Source: a virus
Reading direction: 5' to 3' (one strand)
IMG/VR virus record: IMGVR_UViG_3300021256_000005
Length of the DNA stretch: 64,000 bases
In this document: one piece after another, positions 1-9,935 of the stretch
How positions within the stretch are numbered: position 1 is the first letter of the stretch
Layout of the letters: every line of letters starts with the position of its first letter
Made by a program: the position numbers and the translations under genes
The notes under the pieces: generated by a model
Databases searched by the model: none
Seen by the model: only the letters and a program-made list of their open reading frames with translations
What the model was told of the DNA's origin: nothing

Positions 1-32
1 GATTCAAAAAGCACTGTTACAACTTAATGCGA

Positions 33-50
33 GGTAACCAATAGTAACCC
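33..50 (-). repeat. Inverted copy of a GGTTACT-ATTGGTTAC motif that is clustered at about 54.9-55.3 kb
   Basis: The plus strand reads ggtaaccaatagtaaccc. Its reverse complement gggttactattggttacc matches ggttacttattggttact at 55010-55027 apart from a 1-nt indel. Confidence 0.4.
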
Positions 51-102
51 AAATTATAATTGGCACAACGCAGCAATATCAATGGATTGAGCAGGTTTTA
101 TT

Positions 103-127
103 GCGGGTTCGAGTCCCGTCTCGCGCT
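103..127 (+). other. tRNA-like 3' fragment (T-arm plus acceptor-like strand); possible att-core remnant or truncated tRNA
   Basis: GCGGG-TTCGAGT-CCCGT forms a 5-bp stem (one G-U pair) with a canonical TTCGA-type 7-nt loop, followed by ctcgcgc and t. I could not fold a matching 5' acceptor, D arm or anticodon arm from the upstream sequence. Confidence 0.3.
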
Positions 128-169
128 TTTTAAGAAAGGAGAATAGGCGGTTTTTTAGAGTGTCTATTT

Positions 170-193
170 GTAACTAACCCAACCAGTAACCCA
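170..193 (-). repeat. Second inverted group of GGGTTAC(T)-type motifs
   Basis: The plus strand reads gtaactaacccaaccagtaaccc. Its reverse complement is gggttactggttgggttagttac, the same GTTAC core as the 55-kb cluster. Confidence 0.35.
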
Positions 194-202
194 AACCAAA
201 AA

Positions 203-237
203 CGGTAAAAAATACCCCCAGAATTACTCTGGGGGTA
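203..237 (-). terminator. Rho-independent terminator closing the leftward late/lysis operon
   Basis: A 9-bp GC-rich stem pairs 213-221 (tacccccag) with 229-237 (ctgggggta) around a 7-nt loop. On the minus strand it is followed by TTTTTT, directly after the endolysin stop at 244. Confidence 0.8.
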
Positions 238-243
238 TAACTA

Positions 244-1053
244 TTATCTTTTTGCTTTCTTCGCTTTTGCTAAACAATCTTTCCCAAACAGTCCATCAGC
301 TTTTAACTTAACGCCTTTTTGGAATCTCGTCACAGCGTCAATCGTATTGCCGCCAATCACACCATCGACAGCAATATCTCTGGAATTATACCAGTTTAAG
401 AATTTCTGCAATTTCTTCACATTATCGCCGCTATCGCCTTTTTTGAAGTACCCCCTCTTTGGAAGAGTAGGGAACGAACCAGTGTAACCGCTCGCTTTTA
501 TGTTACTGGTTTTAGGTTTAGCGACTTTGCTACCAGTCAGATAAGACTTGAAATGCTTCCAGTCGTTGTCATCATAGCCGCCATTACAATACATATGAGG
601 ACAATCTTTGCCAGTGCGATCAAAGTGGCGCAGCACGTGCTTGATATTCGGACACTTTGAGTTAATATAATCATGTAACCATTTCGCCGCCTTCAACTGA
701 GCATCAGACGGAAGTTTATCCACACAATCACACAACTCAATAGACACAGAAGTGGCATTGCTTGTTGCACTGTAGAACTTACCACCGCCAGTTTTTGAGC
801 AATCACTGTATTTTGCGCCGCCAACTGCCCACGCAATACGATTCAGCGGGATAGAGCAATAAATCTCGCCTTTGCGGTCGATAAAGAAGTGCGCACCCGC
901 AGATCTGGTATTGCTGTAGCGGAAGTATTTTGCTTCGTTCTGTGCCGTATCACCTTTGACGCCCGTATAGTGCCAGAACTCAGTGTAAATCGAACTCAGT
1001 GAACGTTTGCCGCCATAACTAATTGATTTCGCATATAACTTATTTATCTTCAT
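244..1053 (-). CDS. Endolysin: N-acetylmuramoyl-L-alanine amidase (Amidase_2/PGRP fold) with a C-terminal PG_binding_1-like domain
   Basis: T7-lysozyme-type zinc ligand pattern (WHYTG ... HVLRHFDRTGKDCP). The C terminus (GDSGDNVKKLQKFLN ... DGVIGGNTIDAVTRFQ ... ADGLFG) is a typical peptidoglycan-binding repeat. It is the last gene of the lysis cassette. Confidence 0.9.
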   Translation of the reverse strand: MKINKLYAKSISYGGKRSLSSIYTEFWHYTGVKGDTAQNEAKYFRYSNTRSAGAHFFIDRKGEIYCSIPLNRIAWAVGGAKYSDCSKTGGGKFYSATSNATSVSIELCDCVDKLPSDAQLKAAKWLHDYINSKCPNIKHVLRHFDRTGKDCPHMYCNGGYDDNDWKHFKSYLTGSKVAKPKTSNIKASGYTGSFPTLPKRGYFKKGDSGDNVKKLQKFLNWYNSRDIAVDGVIGGNTIDAVTRFQKGVKLKADGLFGKDCLAKAKKAKR

Positions 1054-1384
1054 CTACATCATCACTCCGATCCTCGTCATCACGATCTACGTAATCATAA
1101 TCATCTTTCGGGTATTCATATGCCATAGACCGATTACTGTCAGTAATACCCTTAGTAGTCGGGTCAGTAATAACACCAAGAGCGGACAGAACTGCTACCG
1201 CAACCGTTCCAATTAAATAAGGATTCCGCACGAACTGTATAAATACATTCGATACAGAATCCCAAGTGGTCAGGTCTTTATAAGACAACCCAAAATATGC
1301 TAACACAGGCGATGCAACAACGCCAACCATACCAATCCAAAACTGCGGACTGCGACTTCTTACTTTCCAGTTAATTTTACTCAT
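1040..1384 (-). CDS. Holin (phi LC3 / Phage_holin_1-like)
   Basis: SKINWKVRSRSPQFWIGMVGVVASPVL ... LIGTVAVAVLSALGVITDPTTKGITDS followed by an acidic tail, with two TM segments. I placed the start at the internal ATG preceded by GGAGG. That ATG lies within ATGAGTAA, which contains the stop of the upstream gene. Confidence 0.75.
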   Translation of the reverse strand: MSKINWKVRSRSPQFWIGMVGVVASPVLAYFGLSYKDLTTWDSVSNVFIQFVRNPYLIGTVAVAVLSALGVITDPTTKGITDSNRSMAYEYPKDDYDYVDRDDEDRSDDVDEDK

Positions 1385-1685
1385 GAGAATCCTCCATTTT
1401 CTGCAACACATGTTTCAGCGTTTCCACATCATCATGTAATTGCTCAATCTCTTTATCGTGTTTCTTAATGATACCTTCGTAATTATGTTGGAAATTTTGT
1501 ACGTCTTTAATCCCCTCGACAATCGAGGTTAGTTTCATATCAAGACGTATAAAATCTTTGGCAATATCTTTGTCCATAGAATGTTCGTGCGAATTAACTG
1601 TACAGATAATCAAAACAATAATCGCTACACAGGACACAATAGATAAGATAAGTGAAATACTTACGTCTAATGGCATTGGTTTCAC
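1377..1685 (-). CDS. N-terminal TM plus coiled-coil protein (BhlA/UviB-like holin-associated candidate)
   Basis: One N-terminal hydrophobic helix (ISLILSIVSCVAIIVLIICTV) followed by a charged coiled-coil region. It lies immediately upstream of the holin. Confidence 0.6.
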   Translation of the reverse strand: MKPMPLDVSISLILSIVSCVAIIVLIICTVNSHEHSMDKDIAKDFIRLDMKLTSIVEGIKDVQNFQHNYEGIIKKHDKEIEQLHDDVETLKHVLQKMEDSHE

Positions 1686-1690
1686 CTACC

Positions 1691-2011
1691 TTATTTTAAT
1701 TCTTGCTTAACTTCATCAATATGGTTAAATGCTGTTTTTAAGTCACGCTTGATAATCTCAATTTCTACATTTTGTTGATGTAGCTTTTCGTCTATCACTT
1801 GCACGTCTTTTTGCGTTTGCGTAGTAATCTGATAGACCTGATTCAATTTAATATCAATCTCCAACATTTTTGAATGTAAATCATTATATTTGTTGTTACT
1901 TTGATTTTGTTCTTCTGTGTTATTTTGCTGTGTGTTATACAGCAAGACTATGATAGCTACAAGCAATGATCCTGCGCCAATAAAAGAACTTATGAGTTGA
2001 TAAATATTCAT
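1691..2011 (-). CDS. N-terminal TM plus coiled-coil protein, with the same architecture as 1377..1685
   Basis: N-terminal TM segment (LISSFIGAGSLLVAIIVLLY) followed by a Q/E/K-rich coiled coil. It sits in tandem with the previous gene. Confidence 0.6.
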   Translation of the reverse strand: MNIYQLISSFIGAGSLLVAIIVLLYNTQQNNTEEQNQSNNKYNDLHSKMLEIDIKLNQVYQITTQTQKDVQVIDEKLHQQNVEIEIIKRDLKTAFNHIDEVKQELK

Positions 2012-2025
2012 ACATATATTTTTCC

Positions 2026-2232
2026 TTATTTTTTAATGATTTTACGTTGCTGATAAACTTGTCCATTATCATCCATCAACATACACAAATCAGACTGTAG
2101 TGTATCGGAAATACAGGCAGAAGATAATTCTCCATGGTAGGCAGATTCTGCTTTATATGCGTCATCATATCTAAAAATTGCCTGAGTTGTTTCTCCTGTT
2201 TTTGTGGTTTGAATAATAATTAAAAAATACAT
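2026..2232 (-). CDS. Small hypothetical protein (68 aa)
   Basis: The start was moved to MYFLIIIQ, which is preceded by AAAGGAAAG. The longer track ORF overlaps the fibre gene end. Confidence 0.5.
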   Translation of the reverse strand: MYFLIIIQTTKTGETTQAIFRYDDAYKAESAYHGELSSACISDTLQSDLCMLMDDNGQVYQQRKIIKK

Positions 2233-2245
2233 AATATCTTTCCTT

Positions 2246-5200
2246 TTATGCTTGTTCTGCCATATAAAAACCATGAACAATAATCCAGTTGGAAGGATCA
2301 GCGGTTAAAACAATCGAACCATATCTGTTAACAAATAAGTAGCATGGAGATTTTTTACTTATATTCATTGCAGTTAATGGCGTGTCTGCATTGCCCCAGT
2401 TTTTGCTCGCAGGGATTGGAAGACCAGTTAACACAGCCGATTCTGTAAACCCCGCTTCATCCATATGAATTACCAAATGTACAAATACAATTCGTCCAAC
2501 TTGTTTATATCCACCAATGACAGACGCCAGACGTTCATTATATATAGCTGGCTTTTTGAGTGATGATAGTGTTAGAGTTGACCAAGACAAATCTAATAAT
2601 CCAACGGAGTTATATGAATCAGTTCTTGCAACAACATCTTTGGAGACATATAACCTTCCATCTATATCAACATGACCTTCTGTTCCAGTAGTAACAATTT
2701 GTAAATTGCCGCTGCTCAACCCTGCGTTTATTACATCAGTATAAACAGTTCCATCCCAACCAACACGCATGGCTGTGTTATCTATACCAACTGATAACGC
2801 AAATAATCCGTCTGAATTTCCAACGGCTGTAATATCATTATTACCATCCCATCCGACTCGGATACCACCAATTGTACGGATATTGCCTAATGAATCAATT
2901 TCAAAAGTGTATTTTCCGTTTGTTTGTTTTGCTCCAAGAGTCATGTTTGCTGTTGGATTATAAGCGACATATGAAATACGTACCATAGAAACTTTTTTAT
3001 CAGCAAAACTTTTAGCAGTAGTAGAATCCAAAGAAATAGCCTGATTAGTTGTTTGAATCGTAGCAGAAATTAAATTGTCTTGATCTTGCGTCATTCCAAC
3101 AATTTTTACGCCTTGCGTGCTATTTATATTATCTAATTGATATTTTAAGTTAAAATTGGCTATATATGTAGAATTTTCAATGTAATAATCAAATGGCAGT
3201 ATCTCATTGATAATCCTTTTATCGCTTGATTGATTCAATGTGATATTAAAATAATCTGTTTGACTTGATGTGACTGCTTTTATTCCACTCTTGGTGATAG
3301 ATAATTTAGAATTGTCATTCGACAATAAATCAATTCCATCCTTCCCAAACTTCGCCACAGGGTTACTATCAACATATATTGACACCCCATCACTATTCAT
3401 GTTCGTGAAGTTCTTCAAATCATCTGCATTATGAACCGTAATACCATCAATATCAGTGATGGTAGTAATGTACTTAGAGGTCTTTGTAGCAAGATCTTTC
3501 GCTGTATTTGCAACCTTTGTAGCATCATCAGCTGTTTTCTGAGCTTTAGCAGCATTATCTTTCGCCGCAGTAGCAACCGTACTAGCATTATTCGCCGTAT
3601 CTTTTGCCGCATTAGCCGTACTTGTCGCTGTTTCTGCCGTTGATTTAGCTGTATTTGCGGTACTATTGGCTGTTTGCGCTAACGATTTTGCGTCAGTTGC
3701 TGTAGACTTCGCCGTATTAGCTGTACTCGTTGCTGAGTCGGCAGTGGATTTGGCGGTATTTGCTGTTTTGTTAGCTGTGGTCGCTGTAGTGTTGGCTGTA
3801 TCAGCTAAATCTTTTGCTTCGATGGCTGTGTCGTCAATTTCCTCGAGACGGACGTTAGTTACCCAAGTAGTACAATTTTCAGAATTGTAATAATTTGTCA
3901 AAAATCCTATTTTAATAAATGCAGTGCCTGGTCTAAAACCAAAAGTGGGATACTCTACAGTTGTAACATTTAAGAGATTATCAACATTTGCCGATGCTGA
4001 TATCCAATCTGTTAAATTATAATCAACATAAAAATACATCCAACCATTACTATCACTTATTTGAGAAACTTTTGTTCCTGCATCAAAATGACCATGTGAC
4101 CACGGGGAAGATAAAGTAATATCATTTCCTGAAAAACTTGATTCTCCAGACCATAAGTTAGACCAATGATTTCTACTATATGTTTCTTCCAGATATTGAT
4201 ATCCATATGAATTTTTATAATTCCAAAAAATTAATCCATGTTCAAAGGAATAATCAGTCTTTTTATTAAATCCATCTGTACTTGTTAAATGAACAACGGT
4301 GTCTCCATCATTAAGATCTTGTGCTAGTGTTGTAAGTGAGTTCTTATAATGTCTCACATCTGTTGCACGAATTTCATATCCATCAATATCATAGCAACTT
4401 ATCCCTCCATAAAACGCTGATAGAACACTTGATTTAGCATTGACCGAAATTTTGTAATGTTTATTTTTATCTACTGGAATTTTTTCAGTTAAAAGACGCT
4501 TGGCACGATTACCAGTACACTTAAAGCTTCCGCAAGATCCGTTATAACACGTGTATCCATCATATTCAAAATCAGGAAAGTTATAATTATTTCCAAGAAT
4601 TCCGTTGCCATTTGTAACTAAGTTATTCCCTCTCGACAACGACTTTTGGTTCGCATAATCAGCCGCATTATTGACATAATCCGAAATCGCCGCATCACCG
4701 ATCTTTAACTTTGTAGCAACAACAGTTCCGTCATACAACACTTGAAATGGAGCGGCGGTAGAAGTAGTAGAACCCGCCCAAAACGCTCTTGAACTATCTC
4801 CAAGTCCCACCTGATTTGTACCGTCAGTCGCAGTAAGAGTATCCGTACCAATTTTCCATCTGCCGATTGTACCAGACGTAGATGTGATAGTTCCTTTGAT
4901 AGATGCCGCACCATCTTTCACAGCAAAGTTCGGTGTAATAATATTGCCATTTGACAAGTCAAACAATGAGCCTTGCTGTGAATATACAGAACCGCTTTGA
5001 TAATTCGTAGATTTCAGTGCATCCGTCTTAATCTTACCGCCCTCGATAATTGTAGATACACCATTTGGGGACTTCACGACAAACTGTTTTGTCACTGCTT
5101 CAAGCATTTTATCAGTAAGCGTGAGAGCACTACTTGTTCCGTTAACGGATACCATCATCCCGATTTTATCTGCATTTTGCTGAATCTTTGATGTCAGGTT

Positions 5201-5671
5201 AGTCACATCAGATGTATTTGCTTTACTGTTCAGTGTGGTTTGCACGGAAGAAACCGTAGAAGTAACACCAGTTAAATCTGTCTCGACTTTGGATACTCGG
5301 TCACGGATTGATTTGCCTTTTGAACTATCATAGCTGTCTATAGACGCAGAAATATCAGTCTGCCATACTTTGTTGGTGATCTTTTGTTCTGCTTGATTAA
5401 CTTTTGAAATAACGCCAGATAATGTGGTGTCACAAGTAGAATTAGAATATTTCATCGTACCATTGGACAAGACCGTTTTGAGCCTTGTCCAAATGTACTT
5501 ATTTTCTGTCGCAGTAGGTTTTGTTTCTGACCACGACCCATCTACCAGAGCCGTAGAAGAACTCGATAGATAGTATTCTGGAAATGTACCAGTTACAGAA
5601 TATCCTTGTTCACCTTTCGCACCATCATCCACGTTAATAATTCCAATTGATGAATGTGCAATTTTACTCAT
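2246..5671 (-). CDS. Tail fibre / receptor-binding structural protein (1141 aa)
   Basis: Position downstream of Tal. It has a long Ala/Thr/Asn-rich pseudo-repeat rod (TANTAKSTA-type). It also has a central sugar-binding-like segment and a C-terminal beta-rich domain. Confidence 0.7.
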   Translation of the reverse strand: MSKIAHSSIGIINVDDGAKGEQGYSVTGTFPEYYLSSSSTALVDGSWSETKPTATENKYIWTRLKTVLSNGTMKYSNSTCDTTLSGVISKVNQAEQKITNKVWQTDISASIDSYDSSKGKSIRDRVSKVETDLTGVTSTVSSVQTTLNSKANTSDVTNLTSKIQQNADKIGMMVSVNGTSSALTLTDKMLEAVTKQFVVKSPNGVSTIIEGGKIKTDALKSTNYQSGSVYSQQGSLFDLSNGNIITPNFAVKDGAASIKGTITSTSGTIGRWKIGTDTLTATDGTNQVGLGDSSRAFWAGSTTSTAAPFQVLYDGTVVATKLKIGDAAISDYVNNAADYANQKSLSRGNNLVTNGNGILGNNYNFPDFEYDGYTCYNGSCGSFKCTGNRAKRLLTEKIPVDKNKHYKISVNAKSSVLSAFYGGISCYDIDGYEIRATDVRHYKNSLTTLAQDLNDGDTVVHLTSTDGFNKKTDYSFEHGLIFWNYKNSYGYQYLEETYSRNHWSNLWSGESSFSGNDITLSSPWSHGHFDAGTKVSQISDSNGWMYFYVDYNLTDWISASANVDNLLNVTTVEYPTFGFRPGTAFIKIGFLTNYYNSENCTTWVTNVRLEEIDDTAIEAKDLADTANTTATTANKTANTAKSTADSATSTANTAKSTATDAKSLAQTANSTANTAKSTAETATSTANAAKDTANNASTVATAAKDNAAKAQKTADDATKVANTAKDLATKTSKYITTITDIDGITVHNADDLKNFTNMNSDGVSIYVDSNPVAKFGKDGIDLLSNDNSKLSITKSGIKAVTSSQTDYFNITLNQSSDKRIINEILPFDYYIENSTYIANFNLKYQLDNINSTQGVKIVGMTQDQDNLISATIQTTNQAISLDSTTAKSFADKKVSMVRISYVAYNPTANMTLGAKQTNGKYTFEIDSLGNIRTIGGIRVGWDGNNDITAVGNSDGLFALSVGIDNTAMRVGWDGTVYTDVINAGLSSGNLQIVTTGTEGHVDIDGRLYVSKDVVARTDSYNSVGLLDLSWSTLTLSSLKKPAIYNERLASVIGGYKQVGRIVFVHLVIHMDEAGFTESAVLTGLPIPASKNWGNADTPLTAMNISKKSPCYLFVNRYGSIVLTADPSNWIIVHGFYMAEQA

Positions 5672-5683
5672 TGTTCACCGCCT

Positions 5684-8134
5684 TTACGCTTTTGTTACCT
5701 CCGCAAAGAACTGCATTTTGCCGTTGATAATAGACGGGTCAATATAAAATGCCCTAGTTGTTTTATACGGAGTTGTTGTGTCAAGAGAAGCACCGTTTTT
5801 ATCTACTCGATAGTAATTATAGGTATATGCATCAGTTTCACTTGCTTCTGCCCAAGCAGTTCCGCTGTATTTCATCAGAGTACAAGTCTTTTTCGATTTG
5901 TCTAACTTGTAGTAGAAGTCACCACTGGACGGACTAGAAGGTGCAGTTTCCGAAAATACAGTCGTACGAATCGGGTCAATTTCTACACCGCCACGATATA
6001 ACCGAGTGTAGATTGCCCCACAACCCTGAGAGTTTTTGAACTGGGATACTGTAGCGTAAGTGATTGCGACAATATCATCTGTGGTGTCGATAACAGTGTA
6101 GTAAGCAGAATAAGACTTTCCGCCATATACTGCCGTAGCTTTTAACCACATCTGATCTACCACCATGTCGGGTGTAATCGTGATAGACGTACCAGTTTTT
6201 GCAGGAGTGAAGTCTGCATAAACGCCACTTGTAAACTGTTGCCATGTTACCGAAGTCGGAGTTACTTCGCCACTGCCAGACATAAGCATTGTTTTGATTG
6301 TGGTACTCTTATTATTCTGCTGATCGACTGTACCACCATCAACAGGATAAAGCTGTAAGATCACCGAATTTGTACCGTTAATTGCCTGTTTCGATTTTGT
6401 CCATGTGTATTTCTGGGTAAACGTCTTACCTTCGGCGGTCAGAGTAATGGTAATATCACCAGTCATTAAACTAGAACTGCCTAATGTTGCACCCGCTCCA
6501 AATGTAAGTACCAATGCGCCGTCAGCACTCGCTGTACCCGCTGTGTTTGTTTTCGCCGTTACACCAGTAGGAAGTGTACCGTAAGAGGCGGTAACTGGAA
6601 CACGGCTAATTCCTTTATATGCAAAGAACGGAATGGTGATTTCTCTGGCACTTGCCACATTGCCGTTGGAATCACAAGGAATTACATCACTGTAGTTACC
6701 CAATCCGAACGATAAAGCACTCGTGCCATTATAACCATCTTTCGTGATAACGATAGTCTGTGAGTCTAATTCAGTAGTTGTTCCACCTGCGGCATAAAGT
6801 GCACACCGTACAGCAACAACCGTATTCCCCGATGGAGTATAAGTTTTACTCGATTCATTTGTCGTACTAGTATATTTACTTGTAAATGTAGAACCATCGG
6901 TAGATTCAGAAATAACAAATCGTCCAGAATAAGCTGTTTTAGCAGTATTGCCAACTTTCTGATAAGCAGAGAATTTCACACTGGTAGGCGCAAACGTACC
7001 GCTTGTTTTTAGATTTAATGCGTACACATCGGGTTCTACCGTGTAAACAACTGCGTCCTGACCATCTGCACCTGCATACTGTTTGGTAATGGTGTATCGT
7101 TTTGTGATTGTTGCAAAACCATTTCGAGTACAGGTAAAATCAGCATAAGAACTATCTGCGGTTAACGCACTCGGGGTATAAGTCTTTGTGTCCGAATCAT
7201 AAGCACCAGTTAATCCTGCACCATTCGATACAGCAATTGTCCATTTTGCCGTTACATCAGTTCCACCCTCATAAATATGGATCTGAGTTTCAGCACCCGT
7301 CCAAGATTTTACATCACCACTGGAATTAACAGAAAGCACGTGGTTCTCGTTGGACAGCACTGCCGCTACCGTAGAATTACCAGGCGCACCATCGTGAATT
7401 TTAAGAATCTGATGATAGTCATAAACATCCGCTTTATCTGTTACCAACTTGATAACAGCTACTTTATCGTTATTTAACCAAATACCACTTTCAGTTGCTT
7501 TCACCACAAGAGTATTGCCTGTGATAGATGTATTATTTGTAGTAGGGAAATTGACGAATGTACCATCGGATGTTTTGTACTGCCATGCCTTAATGGAGCA
7601 ACGTTCTGTACTTCCTGTTAAAGTGATGCTACCAGAACCAACTAACGTTTTGTTGGTGTCATACAGAAAGGCAGACTCACCACTGATTGCACAGGAACTT
7701 AATTCCGTTGCCTGAGATAACAGCGTATAAGTCAGAGAAGCAGTAGCAGTAACTGGAACAGCATCGTTATAAGTTACTTTACACTGATAGGTGATAATTC
7801 CGCTCGAAGATGCTAGTCTGTTTTTGTTTACTTTTAATAATCCACTTGCTTTTGATTCGCCATTGGTGGACGAAATAGCTGTTGGACTGCCGTTACCATC
7901 CTGCACGGTATAAGTGATACTTACTTTACTAGACGTAGGATCAATATTCTGTCCGTTATAAGAAATAACAGGTGTAATCGTGAGGTTACTAGTTCCCCAG
8001 TTAGGTGTGTAACTAGTTGTATTTGGATTATATGTAACTGTTGTAGGCAGTGAACTTGTTAAAAATAACTGTAATGTACCAACGTCAGTTAAATCTACGA
8101 CACTAACACTTGAAAAAGACTGAATTTTTGCCAT
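5684..8134 (-). CDS. Tail/baseplate-associated structural protein with repeated Ig-like beta segments (816 aa)
   Basis: Thr/Ser/Gly-rich with recurring beta-strand blocks of about 90 aa. It is located in the tail-tip module. Confidence 0.6.
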   Translation of the reverse strand: MAKIQSFSSVSVVDLTDVGTLQLFLTSSLPTTVTYNPNTTSYTPNWGTSNLTITPVISYNGQNIDPTSSKVSITYTVQDGNGSPTAISSTNGESKASGLLKVNKNRLASSSGIITYQCKVTYNDAVPVTATASLTYTLLSQATELSSCAISGESAFLYDTNKTLVGSGSITLTGSTERCSIKAWQYKTSDGTFVNFPTTNNTSITGNTLVVKATESGIWLNNDKVAVIKLVTDKADVYDYHQILKIHDGAPGNSTVAAVLSNENHVLSVNSSGDVKSWTGAETQIHIYEGGTDVTAKWTIAVSNGAGLTGAYDSDTKTYTPSALTADSSYADFTCTRNGFATITKRYTITKQYAGADGQDAVVYTVEPDVYALNLKTSGTFAPTSVKFSAYQKVGNTAKTAYSGRFVISESTDGSTFTSKYTSTTNESSKTYTPSGNTVVAVRCALYAAGGTTTELDSQTIVITKDGYNGTSALSFGLGNYSDVIPCDSNGNVASAREITIPFFAYKGISRVPVTASYGTLPTGVTAKTNTAGTASADGALVLTFGAGATLGSSSLMTGDITITLTAEGKTFTQKYTWTKSKQAINGTNSVILQLYPVDGGTVDQQNNKSTTIKTMLMSGSGEVTPTSVTWQQFTSGVYADFTPAKTGTSITITPDMVVDQMWLKATAVYGGKSYSAYYTVIDTTDDIVAITYATVSQFKNSQGCGAIYTRLYRGGVEIDPIRTTVFSETAPSSPSSGDFYYKLDKSKKTCTLMKYSGTAWAEASETDAYTYNYYRVDKNGASLDTTTPYKTTRAFYIDPSIINGKMQFFAEVTKA

Positions 8135-8146
8135 TTATAAACTCCT

Positions 8147-8641
8147 TTACTGTTCGTCAAATGCGCTTAATACGTCTAAATCATCAAGTTCAATTGCAGA
8201 ATTTTCTTTCAGCGTATTGACTAATTCATCAATTTTTAATGTAGTAAATTCATACGTATTCTTTTCCGCTAAAACAGATTGCAGTTCAGTGTTTAATTCT
8301 TCAGCACGTTTTTTGTACGCATCTACGAACTCAGGCTTTACTTGTCGCAGTGATTCTGTTACCACATTACCTTCTGCGTCATGGATTTCATTCCCTTGTT
8401 CATCTAATTTTGGCTGATGAATTTCGTCTGATTTTTCTTCCCCAAAATATTCAGACTTAAAGTCATTGACTAAACCTTCACGGAATGTCTTAAACTTTTC
8501 TACATCGCCCTGCATCTGTTTGATATTGTTGAGTAATTTCCACTGGATTTTAATTGGCAGTTCTTTGATTTTATACATTTTGAACTTGTCAAACCAATCA
8601 TTCATCGTAATTGCATCTAATAAACTCAACTCTTTTGTCAT
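8147..8641 (-). CDS. Acidic hypothetical protein (164 aa), possibly a fibre/baseplate accessory
   Basis: Good RBS (AAGGAG). No catalytic motifs recognised and no HUH/Y1 transposase motifs. Confidence 0.55.
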   Translation of the reverse strand: MTKELSLLDAITMNDWFDKFKMYKIKELPIKIQWKLLNNIKQMQGDVEKFKTFREGLVNDFKSEYFGEEKSDEIHQPKLDEQGNEIHDAEGNVVTESLRQVKPEFVDAYKKRAEELNTELQSVLAEKNTYEFTTLKIDELVNTLKENSAIELDDLDVLSAFDEQ

Positions 8642-8693
8642 TTTATAAATCTCCTTTTAAATCATTATTATATTTTAATACAGACAAAAATGT

Positions 8694-9935
8694 CTAACTC
8701 ACATTATCTAACCAATAAATCTTAGAATATTTCCAAAGTAATTTGCATTTTCTTGCGTTAACTTTTTTGCAATGTTTTGTTGGACTTTGAAAATTAAGAG
8801 CATTTTGTTCTGGGTATAAAGCTGTTACATACCCTCTATGCGTTTCACCGTTCCTAAAAGTGTACTCAACCAAATCCCTATGTTTAATTCCAAGAACGTT
8901 ATCTGTCTTAGCCTTACTTTGTCTTCGCATAGGTTTTATTATCCATTCTTTAATTTCACATGTGTCTGGTCGCAAATCTGTGATGCATATGGCATCATTA
9001 GAATGTGATTTTGTAATTCCCCACTCAATACGCTTATTTGCCGTATCACCTCCGTTTGTTAAATGTAACATTCCTAAATTTGATAACTGTTCTCTCAGCC
9101 ATTTTTTACCTACCATTACATGCTGTGCGTAATTCAGATTCTTATTATCAGAAGAATTTAACAAAGTAAAGTATCTGTTCATATATAATTCTTCTACGCC
9201 TTCTGTTTGCTGATGACATTGTGTACATAATGTAATAAGATTACCAAGTGAATTGGAACCATTCAGTCTTCTTGGTTTAATATGGTGTACCTCTAATCTA
9301 CAATTAGATTTTCCACATTCCATACATTTGCAACCATCTCGTAAAATTACAGCTTTACGAGTATTTTCGTCCAATTTATTTGATTTTTGATATTGCCACC
9401 GATATGGTTTATAACCATCTGTCAATGCTCTTATATCAATGGCAACATCTTCTAACCAATAATTCGTTATATTTATCCATTTATTAAGTTGATTGATCAC
9501 TCTTATTGTTGCTTGACGTTTTTGTAAAATACTTGGTGCAATTCTCCCTTTTCGTTTAGAAGATTTTCTGTTATTAAATCTCGCCTGTCTATATCTTTTA
9601 TGATAACGGTGATAACGCCTAAATCCACGCCTAATGTCCATAAGATGTTTTACATCATTACGCTGTTCAATGATTCCTTTAAAAACTACTTTGTTTGTCG
9701 TCTGACATTTCTGTACTAATGCGACACCAATATGAAGACCGCCGTCATCTATTCCACAACGGATTTCATCTTTACAGATTTCTTTATCTGAAATTTTCTT
9801 TTTAAGCTGTATGACCATTGGATATTTGCTAACCAATGTTGCTCGTTTCTTACGAATGAGAAACCAAGCCTTCTGTTCTTTAGTTGGTGCTAATTGTTTA
9901 TTATTAGCATCCAATACAAAAGCATAATTTGTCAT
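8694..9935 (-). CDS. iscB: IscB RNA-guided nuclease (PLMP domain, split RuvC with HNH insertion, TID)
   Basis: PLMP-like N terminus ([15 protein letters not shown] ... RATLV). RuvC-I is [14 protein letters not shown]. An Arg-rich bridge helix follows ([22 protein letters not shown]). RuvC-II is APSILQKR ... [11 protein letters not shown] is CMECGK ... LEVHHIKP ... [10 protein letters not shown]. RuvC-III is [14 protein letters not shown]-like C terminus is present ([10 protein letters not shown] ... GETHRGYV). I placed the start at MTNYAF, which is preceded by AAGGAAGG; the track ORF extends to 10010. Confidence 0.9.
   Translation of the reverse strand: MTNYAFVLDANNKQLAPTKEQKAWFLIRKKRATLVSKYPMVIQLKKKISDKEICKDEIRCGIDDGGLHIGVALVQKCQTTNKVVFKGIIEQRNDVKHLMDIRRGFRRYHRYHKRYRQARFNNRKSSKRKGRIAPSILQKRQATIRVINQLNKWINITNYWLEDVAIDIRALTDGYKPYRWQYQKSNKLDENTRKAVILRDGCKCMECGKSNCRLEVHHIKPRRLNGSNSLGNLITLCTQCHQQTEGVEELYMNRYFTLLNSSDNKNLNYAQHVMVGKKWLREQLSNLGMLHLTNGGDTANKRIEWGITKSHSNDAICITDLRPDTCEIKEWIIKPMRRQSKAKTDNVLGIKHRDLVEYTFRNGETHRGYVTALYPEQNALNFQSPTKHCKKVNARKCKLLWKYSKIYWLDNVS

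Noticed and set aside
27-127. A full-length (type II, about 97-nt) tRNA using acceptor pairing of 28-33 with 120-125.
   Set aside because: Only the T-arm and a 6-bp acceptor-like pairing can be drawn. There is no D-arm, and the candidate anticodon stem (ccaa/ttgg at 49-63) leaves a 38-nt variable region. The result is not a credible cloverleaf.
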